Shown here one piece after another: positions 18,338 to 28,909 of a stretch of 64,000 nucleotides of DNA. Origin of the DNA: Flavobacterium sp. (GTDB lineage: Bacteria; Bacteroidota; Bacteroidia; Flavobacteriales; Flavobacteriaceae); the NCBI GenBank assembly GCA_043771555.1, contig JAYVHB010000069.1, positions 1,196-65,195 on the forward strand. Direction: 5' to 3'. How positions within the stretch are numbered: position 1 is the stretch's first letter; each line of letters opens with the position of its first letter. The notes under the pieces were generated by a model. It did not search any database. It was not told the origin of the DNA and saw only the letters and a program-made list of their open reading frames with translations. The translations under genes were made by a program, and so were the position numbers.

Positions 18338-19366
18338 ATGATAGCAAATCAATTTCCTGACAGAACAATCAATGTTGACAATCAAGAATATCTGTACTTT
18401 GGTGGAACTTCCTATCTTGGATTACCAACTAATAGGAAATTTCAAAAAATTTTAATTAAGAACTTAAAAAAATGGGGTACAGCTTACGGAAGCTCTAGAA
18501 ACGCCAATATTCAACTGAAATGCTACGACGATGCGGAACAAAAATTGGCAAATTTTATCAAATCTGATGCTGCAATAACCATTTCCTCAGGTATGTTGGC
18601 TGGTAAAATCATAATCGAACAATTGATCGAATCAACGAATACTTTTTTTCATTTTCCTGAAACTCATACAGCCATAAAAGCACCAAATAGTTTGCCCTTT
18701 TTTGTTGACGGAAAAATAAACTCGTTGCTAACGAATTCGAAAAAAGAAACAATTGTCGTTTTGACTGACGCAGTACCAACTTCAAAAATAGAAGCCATTG
18801 ATTTATCGGTTTTAGACCTGATTTCAGATTCAAAACAGATTACTTTAGTTGTCGACGAATCACATTCATTAGGAATTTTAGGGAAAGAAGGTTGCGGAAT
18901 TTTTTCAAAAATAAGAAATAAAAATCTTGATCGGATAATATTAACTTCGTCACTTGGCAAAGCATTTGGAATAACTGGTGGTGTTATAGCAAGCGACTTG
19001 GCATTTATTAATCAAATAAAAAAAAATGCTTCGTATGCATCTGCAGCTGGAATGAATCCGGGATTTGCTCAATCTATTTCAGATACACACTTTATCTATT
19101 TGACTCAATATTATAAGCTACAATCGAATTTGAAATACATTTCGAAAAATTTGAAACCAAATCCAAAAATTGAATTTTCTGAAAAATATCCGCTACTTTA
19201 TCCAAAAATTTCAGGAATCAATCAAAAATTGAAAGATCAAAATATCATCATAACCAATTTCGAATATCCAAACGAAACGGGTTACTTGAACCGAATAGTG
19301 ATTACCGCAAACCACACCAAAAAAGATTTAAAAAAACTTATAACTATTTTAAATTCAATAACATGA
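18338..19366 (+). CDS. PLP-dependent class I/II aminotransferase-fold enzyme (BioF-like, divergent)
   Basis: YFGGTSYLGL, VVDESHSLG and SLGKAFG motifs. Confidence 0.8.
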   Translation: MIANQFPDRTINVDNQEYLYFGGTSYLGLPTNRKFQKILIKNLKKWGTAYGSSRNANIQLKCYDDAEQKLANFIKSDAAITISSGMLAGKIIIEQLIESTNTFFHFPETHTAIKAPNSLPFFVDGKINSLLTNSKKETIVVLTDAVPTSKIEAIDLSVLDLISDSKQITLVVDESHSLGILGKEGCGIFSKIRNKNLDRIILTSSLGKAFGITGGVIASDLAFINQIKKNASYASAAGMNPGFAQSISDTHFIYLTQYYKLQSNLKYISKNLKPNPKIEFSEKYPLLYPKISGINQKLKDQNIIITNFEYPNETGYLNRIVITANHTKKDLKKLITILNSIT

Positions 19367-20160
19367 AAAATTTAGTTGCGTTAGTTTTTTTGTTTTTATC
19401 TATAAATTCAAAACTATACTCGCAAGCTACGACACAAGTTTCAAGTTTTACTATTGAAGCACCACAACTCAGTACATCAAAGAAAATTTGGGTGTATTTA
19501 CCTAAAAATTATAATCTTACTAAAAAAAAATATCCTGTAATCTACATGCATGATGGGCAGAACTTATTTGACACGAAAACAGCTTTTGCAGGCGAATGGA
19601 ATATTGACGAAACATTAGATTCAATCCATGCACAAGTTATTGTTATAGGTATCGAAAATGGTGGCGATAAACGAATGGACGAACTAACACCTTTCAAAAA
19701 CACAAAACATGGTGGCGGAAAAGCCGATTTGTATTTGGATTTTATGATTAAAACTCTCAAACCATATGTTGACAAAACGTATCGAACTAAGTCAAATGCA
19801 AAAAACACCACCATTTTTGGAAGCTCGTTAGGCGGACTAATTTCATTTTATGCAGCACTAAAACACCCAGAAATATTTGGAAAAGTGGGTTGCTTCTCGC
19901 CTTCTTTCTGGTTTAATAGAAATGAAATTTTAGATTTGATTAGTAAAACCAAAACATTCAAAACCAAAATCTATTTTTTATGTGGCGATTCAGAAGGCGA
20001 TGACGATATGATTCGCGACCTCATCACGGTGGAAGAAATTATAAATTCAAAACGCTGCGAATGTCTGAAGTTGAACAAAAAAATCATTATTAAAGATGGA
20101 AATCACAACGAAAAATTATGGCGTGAAGGTTTCAAAAAGGCGTATCTTTGGCTTTTTTAG
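19363..20160 (+). CDS. Secreted alpha/beta-hydrolase (esterase family)
   Basis: YPVIYMHDGQNLFD, nucleophile GSSLGG, HNEKLW. Confidence 0.88.
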   Translation: MKNLVALVFLFLSINSKLYSQATTQVSSFTIEAPQLSTSKKIWVYLPKNYNLTKKKYPVIYMHDGQNLFDTKTAFAGEWNIDETLDSIHAQVIVIGIENGGDKRMDELTPFKNTKHGGGKADLYLDFMIKTLKPYVDKTYRTKSNAKNTTIFGSSLGGLISFYAALKHPEIFGKVGCFSPSFWFNRNEILDLISKTKTFKTKIYFLCGDSEGDDDMIRDLITVEEIINSKRCECLKLNKKIIIKDGNHNEKLWREGFKKAYLWLF

Positions 20161-20204
20161 AAAAGTAAACTTTCTAAACTTACATAACTTTAACCTTCAT
20201 AAAA

Positions 20205-20636
20205 ATGAACAATAACGATATTTTCAAAAAACTACGAGTAGCCTTAATGCTTCGTGATGATCAAATAGTAGAAATTCTTGAATTAGTGGATTTTAGAATT
20301 TCAAAATCCGAATTAGGCGCTTTTTTTCGTGATGAAAAACACGAAAATTTTATGGAATGTGGCGATCAAGTTTTGCGCAATTTTCTTAACGGATTGGTCA
20401 TACACTTGCGTGGAACCAAAGAAAATCCAAAAAATCCAACCGATGTTTTAGCCAAACACAAAGCAGAAATTCCAAATAAAGAAAATGCAAAACCTCGACC
20501 AGAATTTAAAGCAGCACCAAAGGTAGAATTTGCCAAAAAGAAAGCATCAAACCCAAAATCTAGGGATGCAAAACCTGCAAAAAAAATACAAATTGTTGAG
20601 AAAGTAAAATTCAATAACGGAAAAAATAAGAAATAA
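20205..20636 (+). CDS. DUF1456 (YehS-like) protein with Lys-rich tail
   Basis: MNNNDIFKKLRVAL...CGDQVLRNFLNGLVIHLRG. Confidence 0.8.
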   Translation: MNNNDIFKKLRVALMLRDDQIVEILELVDFRISKSELGAFFRDEKHENFMECGDQVLRNFLNGLVIHLRGTKENPKNPTDVLAKHKAEIPNKENAKPRPEFKAAPKVEFAKKKASNPKSRDAKPAKKIQIVEKVKFNNGKNKK

Positions 20637-20647
20637 TCTAATAGATT

Positions 20648-21106
20648 TTGGAAAAATTAAATACACAACTTGATACAATTTCCACAAAAATAGCATTTCA
20701 TAATTCAAAAAACACTGCTGTTTCAAAAAGTGATGTCTCTTGGCATTTGGATCATATTTTGAAGGTCCTAAACGGAATTTCTGGTGTTGTCAAAAAATCT
20801 GATCCTGAAAAGTTCAAATCTAGTTTTAATTTTAAACGTATTCTGGTTTTAACATTAGGAAAAATTCCGAGAGGAAAAGCTCGTGCGCCAGAAACTGTCA
20901 TTTCTAAAGGAGAAATTACGCTAGATGATTTGAATTCTCAATTAGAAAAAGCCAAAATTGCCATTCAAGAATTAGCAATTTGCAATGCCAAAAGTAATTT
21001 CAGTCATCCTTATTTTGGGACTTTAAACCTAAAACAAACTATTCGTTTTCTGGAAATTCACAACCATCATCATTTGAAGATTGTAAATGATATTTTGAAA
21101 AAATAA
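20648..21106 (+). CDS. DinB/DUF1569-like protein
   Basis: WHLDH, HPYFGTL and IHNHHHL motifs; TTG start. Confidence 0.75.
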   Translation: MEKLNTQLDTISTKIAFHNSKNTAVSKSDVSWHLDHILKVLNGISGVVKKSDPEKFKSSFNFKRILVLTLGKIPRGKARAPETVISKGEITLDDLNSQLEKAKIAIQELAICNAKSNFSHPYFGTLNLKQTIRFLEIHNHHHLKIVNDILKK

Positions 21107-21107
21107 C

Positions 21108-21854
21108 CTATTTACCCCATATTTTCCATGATTTTTCTGCTTGAAAAATAAGCATATCGTGCCCGTTTTTGGTAATAGCACCTTTTTTCTTGGCTTTTTT
21201 AAGAAATTGTGTTTCTTCAGGATTATAAATTAAATCAAATGCAATGTGTTTGTCTGTAAAATATTCATAAGGAATATCAGGACTTTCTTTGGTATTTGGG
21301 CTTGTTCCTAATGGTGTACAATTTATGATGATCTGAAAATTATCAAATGTGGTTGCATTAATTCGGCTATAATCAATGGTTTTTTCTGTTGCTTCCCGTG
21401 ATACAAACGTAAAATGAATATCAAGCTCTGATAAGGCAAATGCAACTGCCTTTGCCGCGCCACCAGTTCCTAAAATTAAAGCATTTTTATGATGTGATTG
21501 TAACAATGGTTGTAGTGATTTCATAAAACCATACCAATCTGAGTTATAGCCCTTTAAAATGCCGTTTTTCTTAAATCGGATAACATTTACGGCACCAATC
21601 TTTGTTGCTTTATCTGACATTTCGTCAAGAAAAGGAATACACGTTTCTTTGTAAGGTATGGTTACATTTAATCCTCGAAGATTTGGATTTTGTTTTATAA
21701 TATCAGGAAATAACTCGATTTTTTCGATATCAAAATTTTGATACTCACAATCAGTAAAATGGGCTTCAGAAAATTTTTGGTCAAAATATTTTTTAGAAAA
21801 AGAATACGAAATATTTTTTCCTACTAACCCAAATTTTTTTTTATTCTCCATCAC
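21108..21854 (-). CDS. aroE: Shikimate dehydrogenase
   Basis: GLNVTIPYKE, IGAVN, GYNSD, LGTGGAAKA and DLIYNP motifs. Confidence 0.93.
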   Translation of the reverse strand: MMENKKKFGLVGKNISYSFSKKYFDQKFSEAHFTDCEYQNFDIEKIELFPDIIKQNPNLRGLNVTIPYKETCIPFLDEMSDKATKIGAVNVIRFKKNGILKGYNSDWYGFMKSLQPLLQSHHKNALILGTGGAAKAVAFALSELDIHFTFVSREATEKTIDYSRINATTFDNFQIIINCTPLGTSPNTKESPDIPYEYFTDKHIAFDLIYNPEETQFLKKAKKKGAITKNGHDMLIFQAEKSWKIWGK

Positions 21855-22347
21855 ATATTATTGGCATGGCATACATACATCTTACAGCACTCGAATCATT
21901 TTTACCAGCAATCCATTTTGGCATTTTCGATAAAACTCGAACAGCTTCGTCACCAGAACCGTGTCCGAAATCATGCAAAACTCCTATTTCTGAAATAGAA
22001 CCGTCTTTTTCGATAACAAAAGAAGCAAAAATTGTCCCAGCTACTTTTTCTCCTGACGAAGCTATTGGTGTTTTGAAGTTTTCTTTTATAAATGCTATTA
22101 ATGCAACTTCATTTCCTGGAAACTCTGGTTTTTTTTCTATTTCGTCAATTGCATAAATTTTGTTTGGATCAGGAGCATTCATGGTAAGCCCCAAATAAGT
22201 ATATTTTACAACTTTTGGATCTTCTGTTTTCAAATTTTCAGAGGCCAAATTTTGATTAGTGCCAACAATATTTGTAATAAATTCATTGTTTTGACTATGG
22301 GAATTTATAATTGCAAATAGCAATACTAGTTTTATGGTAGTAGTCAT
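21841..22347 (-). CDS. TonB C-terminal domain protein
   Basis: KKPEFPG...FVIEKDGSI...EAVRVL...PKW; signal-like N-terminus; start uncertain. Confidence 0.75.
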   Translation of the reverse strand: MTTTIKLVLLFAIINSHSQNNEFITNIVGTNQNLASENLKTEDPKVVKYTYLGLTMNAPDPNKIYAIDEIEKKPEFPGNEVALIAFIKENFKTPIASSGEKVAGTIFASFVIEKDGSISEIGVLHDFGHGSGDEAVRVLSKMPKWIAGKNDSSAVRCMYAMPIICDGE

Positions 22348-22410
22348 AGTGTGGTTGATTTTCAATAAAATTATATTTTTTATAATATAATTAAAAAAAA
22401 AATCGTCTAA

Positions 22411-23808
22411 CTACTTATTTTTCATGTTAATGAGCTTTTGTACCTTCTTTTTGTCCCAAATTAATGGAAACAATTCTTGTAAAATCGCATTGTTTTCAAA
22501 ATTATGATGCAATGCGTTTACCAAATGATACGTTCCTCGTTTATCATCACTCATAATAAAGTACAATCCTGCCAATCGGTATTCTATTTCATCAGCGTCT
22601 ACGAAAAATTCTGTAGCCTGCAAAAGTGTTTCTATTGCCGATTTGTATTCTTGATTTTCTATCAAAACATCAATAAGAAATAACCATGTTTCTAGATGAG
22701 TATCGCCAAACTCGACCGCTTTACGATACCCGAATTCGGCTTCTTCGATTTTACCTAATTCTTTGTTGATTGCGGCAAACCGTTTCCAGTACAAGCGATT
22801 CATGTTGTCAATTCCAAGAGCTTCGTTTACAAAATACAGCGCTTTTGTATAATTTTTTTGACGTACATAAAAATCAGTAATGGCAATCCAACCCTTGTCC
22901 AATAAAGGATCTTCATGAACTGTTTTGTTATAAAATTTTAAAGCTTCTTGCTTGTTACCTAACTTTTCATAACATTTTCCAGTGCGAAGCAGTGCATAAG
23001 ATGTTGCATCGTCCAACTCGATAGTTTGTGCGTAGCTTTCAATTGCTTCTTCATAACGTTTTAGTCGCTCGTAGGCTTTTGCTTTTTCCATAAAAGCACC
23101 TACAAATTCATCATCTATATAAGTTGCATAATCAAAAGCTCTAATGGCTTCTTCATATTTTTTTAGCCCGTAAGACAGTCGTCCTATTTGGTGCCAAGCA
23201 ATTTCAGAATAGGGATTTTGGTCAATGTATTTATCAAGGTAAGCAATTGCTTCCTCATTTTGGTCTAAAAATTCATAACAATAAACCACATTGTACAAAG
23301 CAGATTGGTCTTCTAAATCTTCTTCGAGACAGCGAATAAAATTTTGTTTTGCCAGTTCCAGATCGTCCATAAATAGGTATTCCATTCCTATGAGATTATA
23401 AACATCTGCAAAATCATCTGTATATTTTAAGGCTTCTTCAAGCAATTCGACAGCTTTGGTATGGTTGTCTCTTTTGGAATAAATATTTGCTTTTTGGATA
23501 TAGATTTCTTCGTTTGTAGGCTCGATAGCATACAAATCATTAAGCATTTTTTCAGCAATATCAAGCTTGTCTTCATACACCAACATTTCTATCTGAACAA
23601 GCTTTAAACCTGTAGATTTTGGGTGCTGATCTAAAGCTAATTTCAATGCTTTTTTGGCTAAATTTACTTTGCCCATATCTAGATAATGAAGAATTATATC
23701 TTCAAACTCTTCTGAATCAAAAAAGAGCACCTTATTGGTTTTCATCATCGACTCAAACTTTGATAAAGACAAGTTATATTCTTCTTCTTCCTCGCTTAGT
23801 TGCATCAT
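22411..23808 (-). CDS. Tetratricopeptide repeat protein
   Basis: Multiple TPR-like helical repeats; N-terminal FFDSEEFEDII. Confidence 0.85.
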   Translation of the reverse strand: MMQLSEEEEEYNLSLSKFESMMKTNKVLFFDSEEFEDIILHYLDMGKVNLAKKALKLALDQHPKSTGLKLVQIEMLVYEDKLDIAEKMLNDLYAIEPTNEEIYIQKANIYSKRDNHTKAVELLEEALKYTDDFADVYNLIGMEYLFMDDLELAKQNFIRCLEEDLEDQSALYNVVYCYEFLDQNEEAIAYLDKYIDQNPYSEIAWHQIGRLSYGLKKYEEAIRAFDYATYIDDEFVGAFMEKAKAYERLKRYEEAIESYAQTIELDDATSYALLRTGKCYEKLGNKQEALKFYNKTVHEDPLLDKGWIAITDFYVRQKNYTKALYFVNEALGIDNMNRLYWKRFAAINKELGKIEEAEFGYRKAVEFGDTHLETWLFLIDVLIENQEYKSAIETLLQATEFFVDADEIEYRLAGLYFIMSDDKRGTYHLVNALHHNFENNAILQELFPLIWDKKKVQKLINMKNK

Positions 23809-23985
23809 CTTTTTGACTTTTTTATCTTGAATAAAATTAAGTAAAATCTTGTTTATAAACTAATTTTGATTTTTTGTTTTAAACAATTTAATTAACAATG
23901 TTATGGCTTTTTTTTAACTTCTACTGTCCGATATTTTATAAAAATTTACAGTTTTCTTAAGGCAACTGTATTTTTTAGATAATTC

Positions 23986-24306
23986 TTAAATTAAATTTTT
24001 CATAGATGGCGCATCATGCAAAGTGGTTTCCCAATCCTCGTAGTCAGGTTCTACTTTAAAATTTGGATCACAATATTGTCTTATGTAATCTGTGGCTCTA
24101 TTTTCAGCATAGTTAGCGTTCAGTACTATTCCATTTTCATCTAATTCTATTACATTGGCATATATTGCAAATACTTTTTCAATAGCACTTGGATCTTTAC
24201 CATAAAGCAATAAATAATCTATTCCGTGCAATGTTCTTTGTGTTCCACTTGCCATAAAAAAAGCAAATGTTCGCAATGCGCCACTAAATGAATTACTTAA
24301 TTTCAT
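23986..24306 (-). CDS. Hypothetical protein
   Basis: 106-aa ORF with ATG, co-oriented with its neighbours; no recognised motif. Confidence 0.65.
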   Translation of the reverse strand: MKLSNSFSGALRTFAFFMASGTQRTLHGIDYLLLYGKDPSAIEKVFAIYANVIELDENGIVLNANYAENRATDYIRQYCDPNFKVEPDYEDWETTLHDAPSMKNLI

Positions 24307-24335
24307 GGTTGCTTTTTAATTTCATTTTTTTGTCT

Positions 24336-25514
24336 TTATAACAGCTCATTCATAACTTCCAGAATAATTGCACATCCTTCTCTAATTTCTTCATCAGAAA
24401 TAGTTAATGGCGGTGTTATTCGGACAGCGCAACCTTCAAATAATAACCAAAACAATATTAATCCTTTATCTTGACAACGCAAAACGACCTGATTTGTAAT
24501 TTCGGCACTTGGAGTCATTATGGCTAGCATCAACCCTATTCCTCTAACTTCTTGTATCAAAGGATGTACCAAAAGTTTCCTGAAGAGTTTTTCCTTAACC
24601 AAAGTTGCTTCAATAAGGTTTTTTTCTATAATTTCTTGCAACGTTGCCAAACAGGCTGCCGCAATGACAGGATTTCCGCCAAAAGTTGTAATATGACCCA
24701 ATTTCGGGTTGTCGGTCAATAAATCCATATATTCTGCTTTGGAAACAAAAGCACCTACGGGCAATCCGCCACCCATCCCTTTTCCGATAATAATAATATC
24801 TGGAACTACATTATAATTTTCGAAACCAAATAATTTTCCTGTTCGTCCAAAACCAGGCTGAATTTCGTCTAATATTAAGAGCGCTCCAACATCGTCACAG
24901 CGTTTTTTTACTTTAGTCAAAAAATTGTTTTCTGGCTGAATAAAACCCGCGCCGCCCTGAATACTTTCTAAAATAATTCCAGCAGTTTTGGTCGTAATTT
25001 TTTCAAGATCGGATTCGTTGTTAAACGTAATAAAATCAACATCTGGCAAAAGCGGACGAAAGGCTTGTTTACGCTCCTCAAACCCCATAACACTCAACGA
25101 GCCCATAGTATTGCCATGATAAGCATTGTTGCAAGATATCAGTTGACTTCTTCCAGTAACCCGTCGTGCCAGTTTTAATGCACCTTCGCAAGCTTCTGTG
25201 CCCGAATTTACAAGATACACTTTATTGAGTTGTTCAGGCAAAAGTGAAGTTAACAATTTGCAATATTCAACCGCTGGCGATTGCGCATATTCGCCATACA
25301 CCATAACATGTGAATAGCGGTCAAGCTGGTGTTTTATAGCATCATTGACACGCTTGTTTTGATGTCCTACAGCAATAGCAGATACGCCAGCAACAAAATC
25401 CAAATATTTCTTGTTGTCGCAGCTATAAATATATGAACCAAGTGCATAAAAAACGTTCATTCCGAGAGGATAAGGTGTTGTTTGTGCTTGGTATTTTAGG
25501 AAGTCTTCTGTCAA
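24336..25514 (-). CDS. Class III PLP aminotransferase (ArgD-like)
   Basis: YLDFVAG, NSGTEA, YHGNT, LILDEIQPGFGRTG, GKGMGGGLP and TTFGGNP motifs. Confidence 0.9.
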   Translation of the reverse strand: MTEDFLKYQAQTTPYPLGMNVFYALGSYIYSCDNKKYLDFVAGVSAIAVGHQNKRVNDAIKHQLDRYSHVMVYGEYAQSPAVEYCKLLTSLLPEQLNKVYLVNSGTEACEGALKLARRVTGRSQLISCNNAYHGNTMGSLSVMGFEERKQAFRPLLPDVDFITFNNESDLEKITTKTAGIILESIQGGAGFIQPENNFLTKVKKRCDDVGALLILDEIQPGFGRTGKLFGFENYNVVPDIIIIGKGMGGGLPVGAFVSKAEYMDLLTDNPKLGHITTFGGNPVIAAACLATLQEIIEKNLIEATLVKEKLFRKLLVHPLIQEVRGIGLMLAIMTPSAEITNQVVLRCQDKGLILFWLLFEGCAVRITPPLTISDEEIREGCAIILEVMNELL

Positions 25515-25642
25515 GATTTATATTTTTGCAAATTTATTAAAAAGTGAGTAAGACCAATCAAAATTTAGTATTATTTAATTGTTGTTGATAATGAAATTCA
25601 AATTTTTATATTTGTAAACTAACATTGTCATACAAATTGAAA

Positions 25643-27517
25643 ATGAAAAAAATAATTTTACTCGCTGTAATGGGTTGTTTTCTTTCGACTAATGCGCAAA
25701 AGAAAAAGAAAAAAGCAGTTAAAAAAAATACTATAGAAGTGGTTCAAGAAAAAAAAGCAGTCGTATATCAAGTTTTTACAAGACTTTTCGGAAATAAAAA
25801 TACAACCAACAAACCTTGGGGAACAATTGAAGAAAATGGCGTAGGAAAATTTAATGATTTTACAGACAAAGCCTTGTCTGAAATTAAGAAACTTGGCGTA
25901 ACACATGTTTGGTACACTGGAGTACCACATCATGCCTTGATAAATGATTATGCCAACATAGGAATCTCTAACGACGATCCTGAAGTAGTAAAAGGTCGCG
26001 CAGGATCACCGTATGCGGTAAAAGATTATTATTCTGTAAATCCAGATTTGGCAGTAAATCCAGCTAAAAGAAATGAAGAATTTGATGCTTTGATTGCGCG
26101 AACTCACAAAAACAACTTGAAACTCCTCATTGATATTGTCCCAAATCATATTGCTCGAAAATATGAAGGAAAAAATAATCTGAAAGGAATTCGTGATTTT
26201 GGCGCAGACGACAATACGACTGTGGAATATGATCGTAACAACAATTTTTATTACATTCCAGGCCAAGCATTTCAGGTGCCAACTTCGGAAAATTACAAAC
26301 CTTTAAATGGCGAAAAAAATCCTTTAATAGACGGAATGTTCAATGAAAATCCAGCAAAATGGACAGGCAACGGCTCACGATTGGCAAAACCAGATATAAA
26401 TGATTGGTATGAAACCGTTAAAATAAATTACGGAATTCGTCCTGACGGAAGCAAAGATTTTGCTGAATTGCCAGCTAATTATGCATCCAAATCGATACAA
26501 GAACATTATGCTTTTTGGAAAGATAAAAGTGTACCTAGTTCATGGATAAAGTTTAGAGATATTGCGCTTTTTTGGACTTCCAAAGGTGTTGATGGCTTTC
26601 GATATGATATGGCCGAAATGGTGCCTTATGAGTTTTGGAGTTATATGAACTCGGCTATCAAAATGAAAAATCCTGATGCATTTTTACTTGCCGAAGTTTA
26701 TAATCCAAAAGAGTATCGCAATTATATCAAGTTTGGAAAAATGGATTACTTGTATGACAAAGTGGAGTTGTATGATAAGCTAAAAGAAGTTATTCAGGGC
26801 AAAAATTGGCCTGATGCCATTTCGGATATTCAAAAAGGTTTGGCAGATATTGAGCATCATATGTTGCATTTTCTAGACAACCACGATGAGCAACGCTTGG
26901 CAAGTCCTGAATTTGCAGGTTTGCCCGAAAAAGGAAAACCAATGATGGTTGTTTCAACTTTGATAAGCTCCTCGCCTACCATGATTTATTTTGGTCAAGA
27001 AGTTGGTGAAGCTGGTAACGAAAATGCTGGTTTTGGTACTCATTCCAGAACATCCATTTTCGATTATATTGGAGTTCCTAATCACCAACGTTGGATGAAT
27101 AACGGCAAATTTGATGGCGGACAATTGACCCAATCAGAAAAAGACTTGAGAGATTTTTATTCAAAATTATTAAATTTTTCGACTAAGAGTTCAGCTTTGA
27201 TGGGAAGTTTTCAAGAAATTCAGTCGGCAAACCGATATAAAACGGAAGGTTATGATGATTATATTTATTCGTTTGTACGTTGGTCAAAATCAGAAAAATT
27301 GATTGTTGTTTCCAATTTTTCGGCTGATAAAACAAGTACGTTCAATTTCAAAATTCCAGCGGATGTAATTTCGAAATGGAAGCTTGCCAATGGGAAATAT
27401 GCACTGAAAGACCAACTTTATGGAAGTACGAATGATTTAATAATTGAAAAAGGCGAAGGTCACATTACAATAACTCTGAAACCTTTGGAGAGTTTTGTTT
27501 ATGGATTTTCTAAATAA
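25643..27517 (+). CDS. GH13 alpha-amylase family glycosidase
   Basis: Signal peptide; DIVPNH, GVDGFRYDMA, LAEVY and FLDNHDEQR catalytic motifs. Confidence 0.9.
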   Translation: MKKIILLAVMGCFLSTNAQKKKKKAVKKNTIEVVQEKKAVVYQVFTRLFGNKNTTNKPWGTIEENGVGKFNDFTDKALSEIKKLGVTHVWYTGVPHHALINDYANIGISNDDPEVVKGRAGSPYAVKDYYSVNPDLAVNPAKRNEEFDALIARTHKNNLKLLIDIVPNHIARKYEGKNNLKGIRDFGADDNTTVEYDRNNNFYYIPGQAFQVPTSENYKPLNGEKNPLIDGMFNENPAKWTGNGSRLAKPDINDWYETVKINYGIRPDGSKDFAELPANYASKSIQEHYAFWKDKSVPSSWIKFRDIALFWTSKGVDGFRYDMAEMVPYEFWSYMNSAIKMKNPDAFLLAEVYNPKEYRNYIKFGKMDYLYDKVELYDKLKEVIQGKNWPDAISDIQKGLADIEHHMLHFLDNHDEQRLASPEFAGLPEKGKPMMVVSTLISSSPTMIYFGQEVGEAGNENAGFGTHSRTSIFDYIGVPNHQRWMNNGKFDGGQLTQSEKDLRDFYSKLLNFSTKSSALMGSFQEIQSANRYKTEGYDDYIYSFVRWSKSEKLIVVSNFSADKTSTFNFKIPADVISKWKLANGKYALKDQLYGSTNDLIIEKGEGHITITLKPLESFVYGFSK

Positions 27518-27644
27518 AAATAATTATTTTTATAATTATGGTAGGGTTTTTTGATTTTCAATGGTTTATAATTTATATAATTATATTGTCTAACTATGTG
27601 CTTAATTGTTTAAACAATCAAAAAAAACTTTAATACTATATTTC

Positions 27645-28835
27645 ATGAAAAAACTATTACTTTTATCTAGCTTATTTATGTTTTTTTCTACAAATGCCCA
27701 AAATATTTTTTTCGCAGATGTAAATTTTAAAAGTGTACTTCTAAACTCCTACAATGGCTCTTCTAATACGTTTATTGACACTGATAATGATAATGAAATA
27801 TCACAAACAGAGGCATTGTTAGTTTCTAAAATTGATACCTATTACACAGAAATAAATGATTTAACAGGTATTGAATTTTTTATAAATATAAAAAGTTACA
27901 ATTCTTTATTTTACAAAGCACCTAGCTTCAATTTTCCAACTCTTGTTAATATTGAAGAAATTTCTTTAGCGAATGCTTTAAGTGGTTATGTTAGCATTAA
28001 CGATTTAGATTTATCTATATATCCTAATCTTAAAAAAATTACCTGTTCAATCAACGGAAATGTAAATTTGAACGGACTTACTAATATAAAATACATAGGC
28101 TTAGCAGGGCTTTTCACTCAAATAGACCTAACCGATTGTATTAATTTACTTGAATTAGGTATAACAGCTCCATTATCTGAATTAAATCTGAGTAATAACA
28201 CGAAACTTATAAATTTAAATTTGTCAAACACCGAGTTTTTAAACTTGGATCTTAGTGCATGTACAAACCTTGAAATTGTTTATGCCAACAAAGGAAAAAT
28301 GGAAACATTAAATCTTGGAGAAATAAAATACATAAGATATTTATTTGTTCAAGAAAATAAATTAACATCCTTAAATACAGATAATTTGTTCAACCTTCAA
28401 CAATTTTATTGTAATGATAATAATCTGTCATATTTGTCAATTAAAAATGATAATTTAATTTTTGGAGATAATTCTGGTATTGATTTTAGCAAAAATCCAG
28501 ACTTAACAACAATTTGTTGTGATGCAAATGAAATTGTGTATGTTCAAAACATTTGTAATACTCTTGATTATACTACAAATGTAAGTGAATGTTTACCACC
28601 ACCTGTAGAAGCTAGACCGCTTACTATGTTCCCAAATCCAGTGAAAGACATACTGCATTTGGATTGTACAGACAAAATAAATAAAGTTGAAGTTTTTGGT
28701 ACAAACGGTTTACTTATCATGACCTCTGAAAGAGTAACCAACGTTGTTGACATGCAATCACTACAAAGTGGTATGTATTTTTTGAAAGTATATCGTGATA
28801 ACTCAGTTGACGATATGAAATTTATTAAAGGATAA
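27645..28835 (+). CDS. Leucine-rich-repeat T9SS cargo protein
   Basis: Signal peptide; IDTDNDNEISQTEA; LTGIEFF and LRR units; C-terminal MFPNPVKD...GMYFLKV...KFIKG. Confidence 0.87.
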   Translation: MKKLLLLSSLFMFFSTNAQNIFFADVNFKSVLLNSYNGSSNTFIDTDNDNEISQTEALLVSKIDTYYTEINDLTGIEFFINIKSYNSLFYKAPSFNFPTLVNIEEISLANALSGYVSINDLDLSIYPNLKKITCSINGNVNLNGLTNIKYIGLAGLFTQIDLTDCINLLELGITAPLSELNLSNNTKLINLNLSNTEFLNLDLSACTNLEIVYANKGKMETLNLGEIKYIRYLFVQENKLTSLNTDNLFNLQQFYCNDNNLSYLSIKNDNLIFGDNSGIDFSKNPDLTTICCDANEIVYVQNICNTLDYTTNVSECLPPPVEARPLTMFPNPVKDILHLDCTDKINKVEVFGTNGLLIMTSERVTNVVDMQSLQSGMYFLKVYRDNSVDDMKFIKG

Positions 28836-28851
28836 TTCAAAAAAAATCCCA

Positions 28852-28898
28852 AAAAAAAATCCCGAAATCTAAATTGAAATAGAAGTTGGGATTTTTTT
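28852..28898. terminator. Probable bidirectional terminator between convergent genes
   Basis: aaaaaaaatccc...gggattttttt; the left arm is tandemly duplicated at 28839-28850. Confidence 0.6.
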
Positions 28899-28909
28899 AT
28901 TTTTAACTA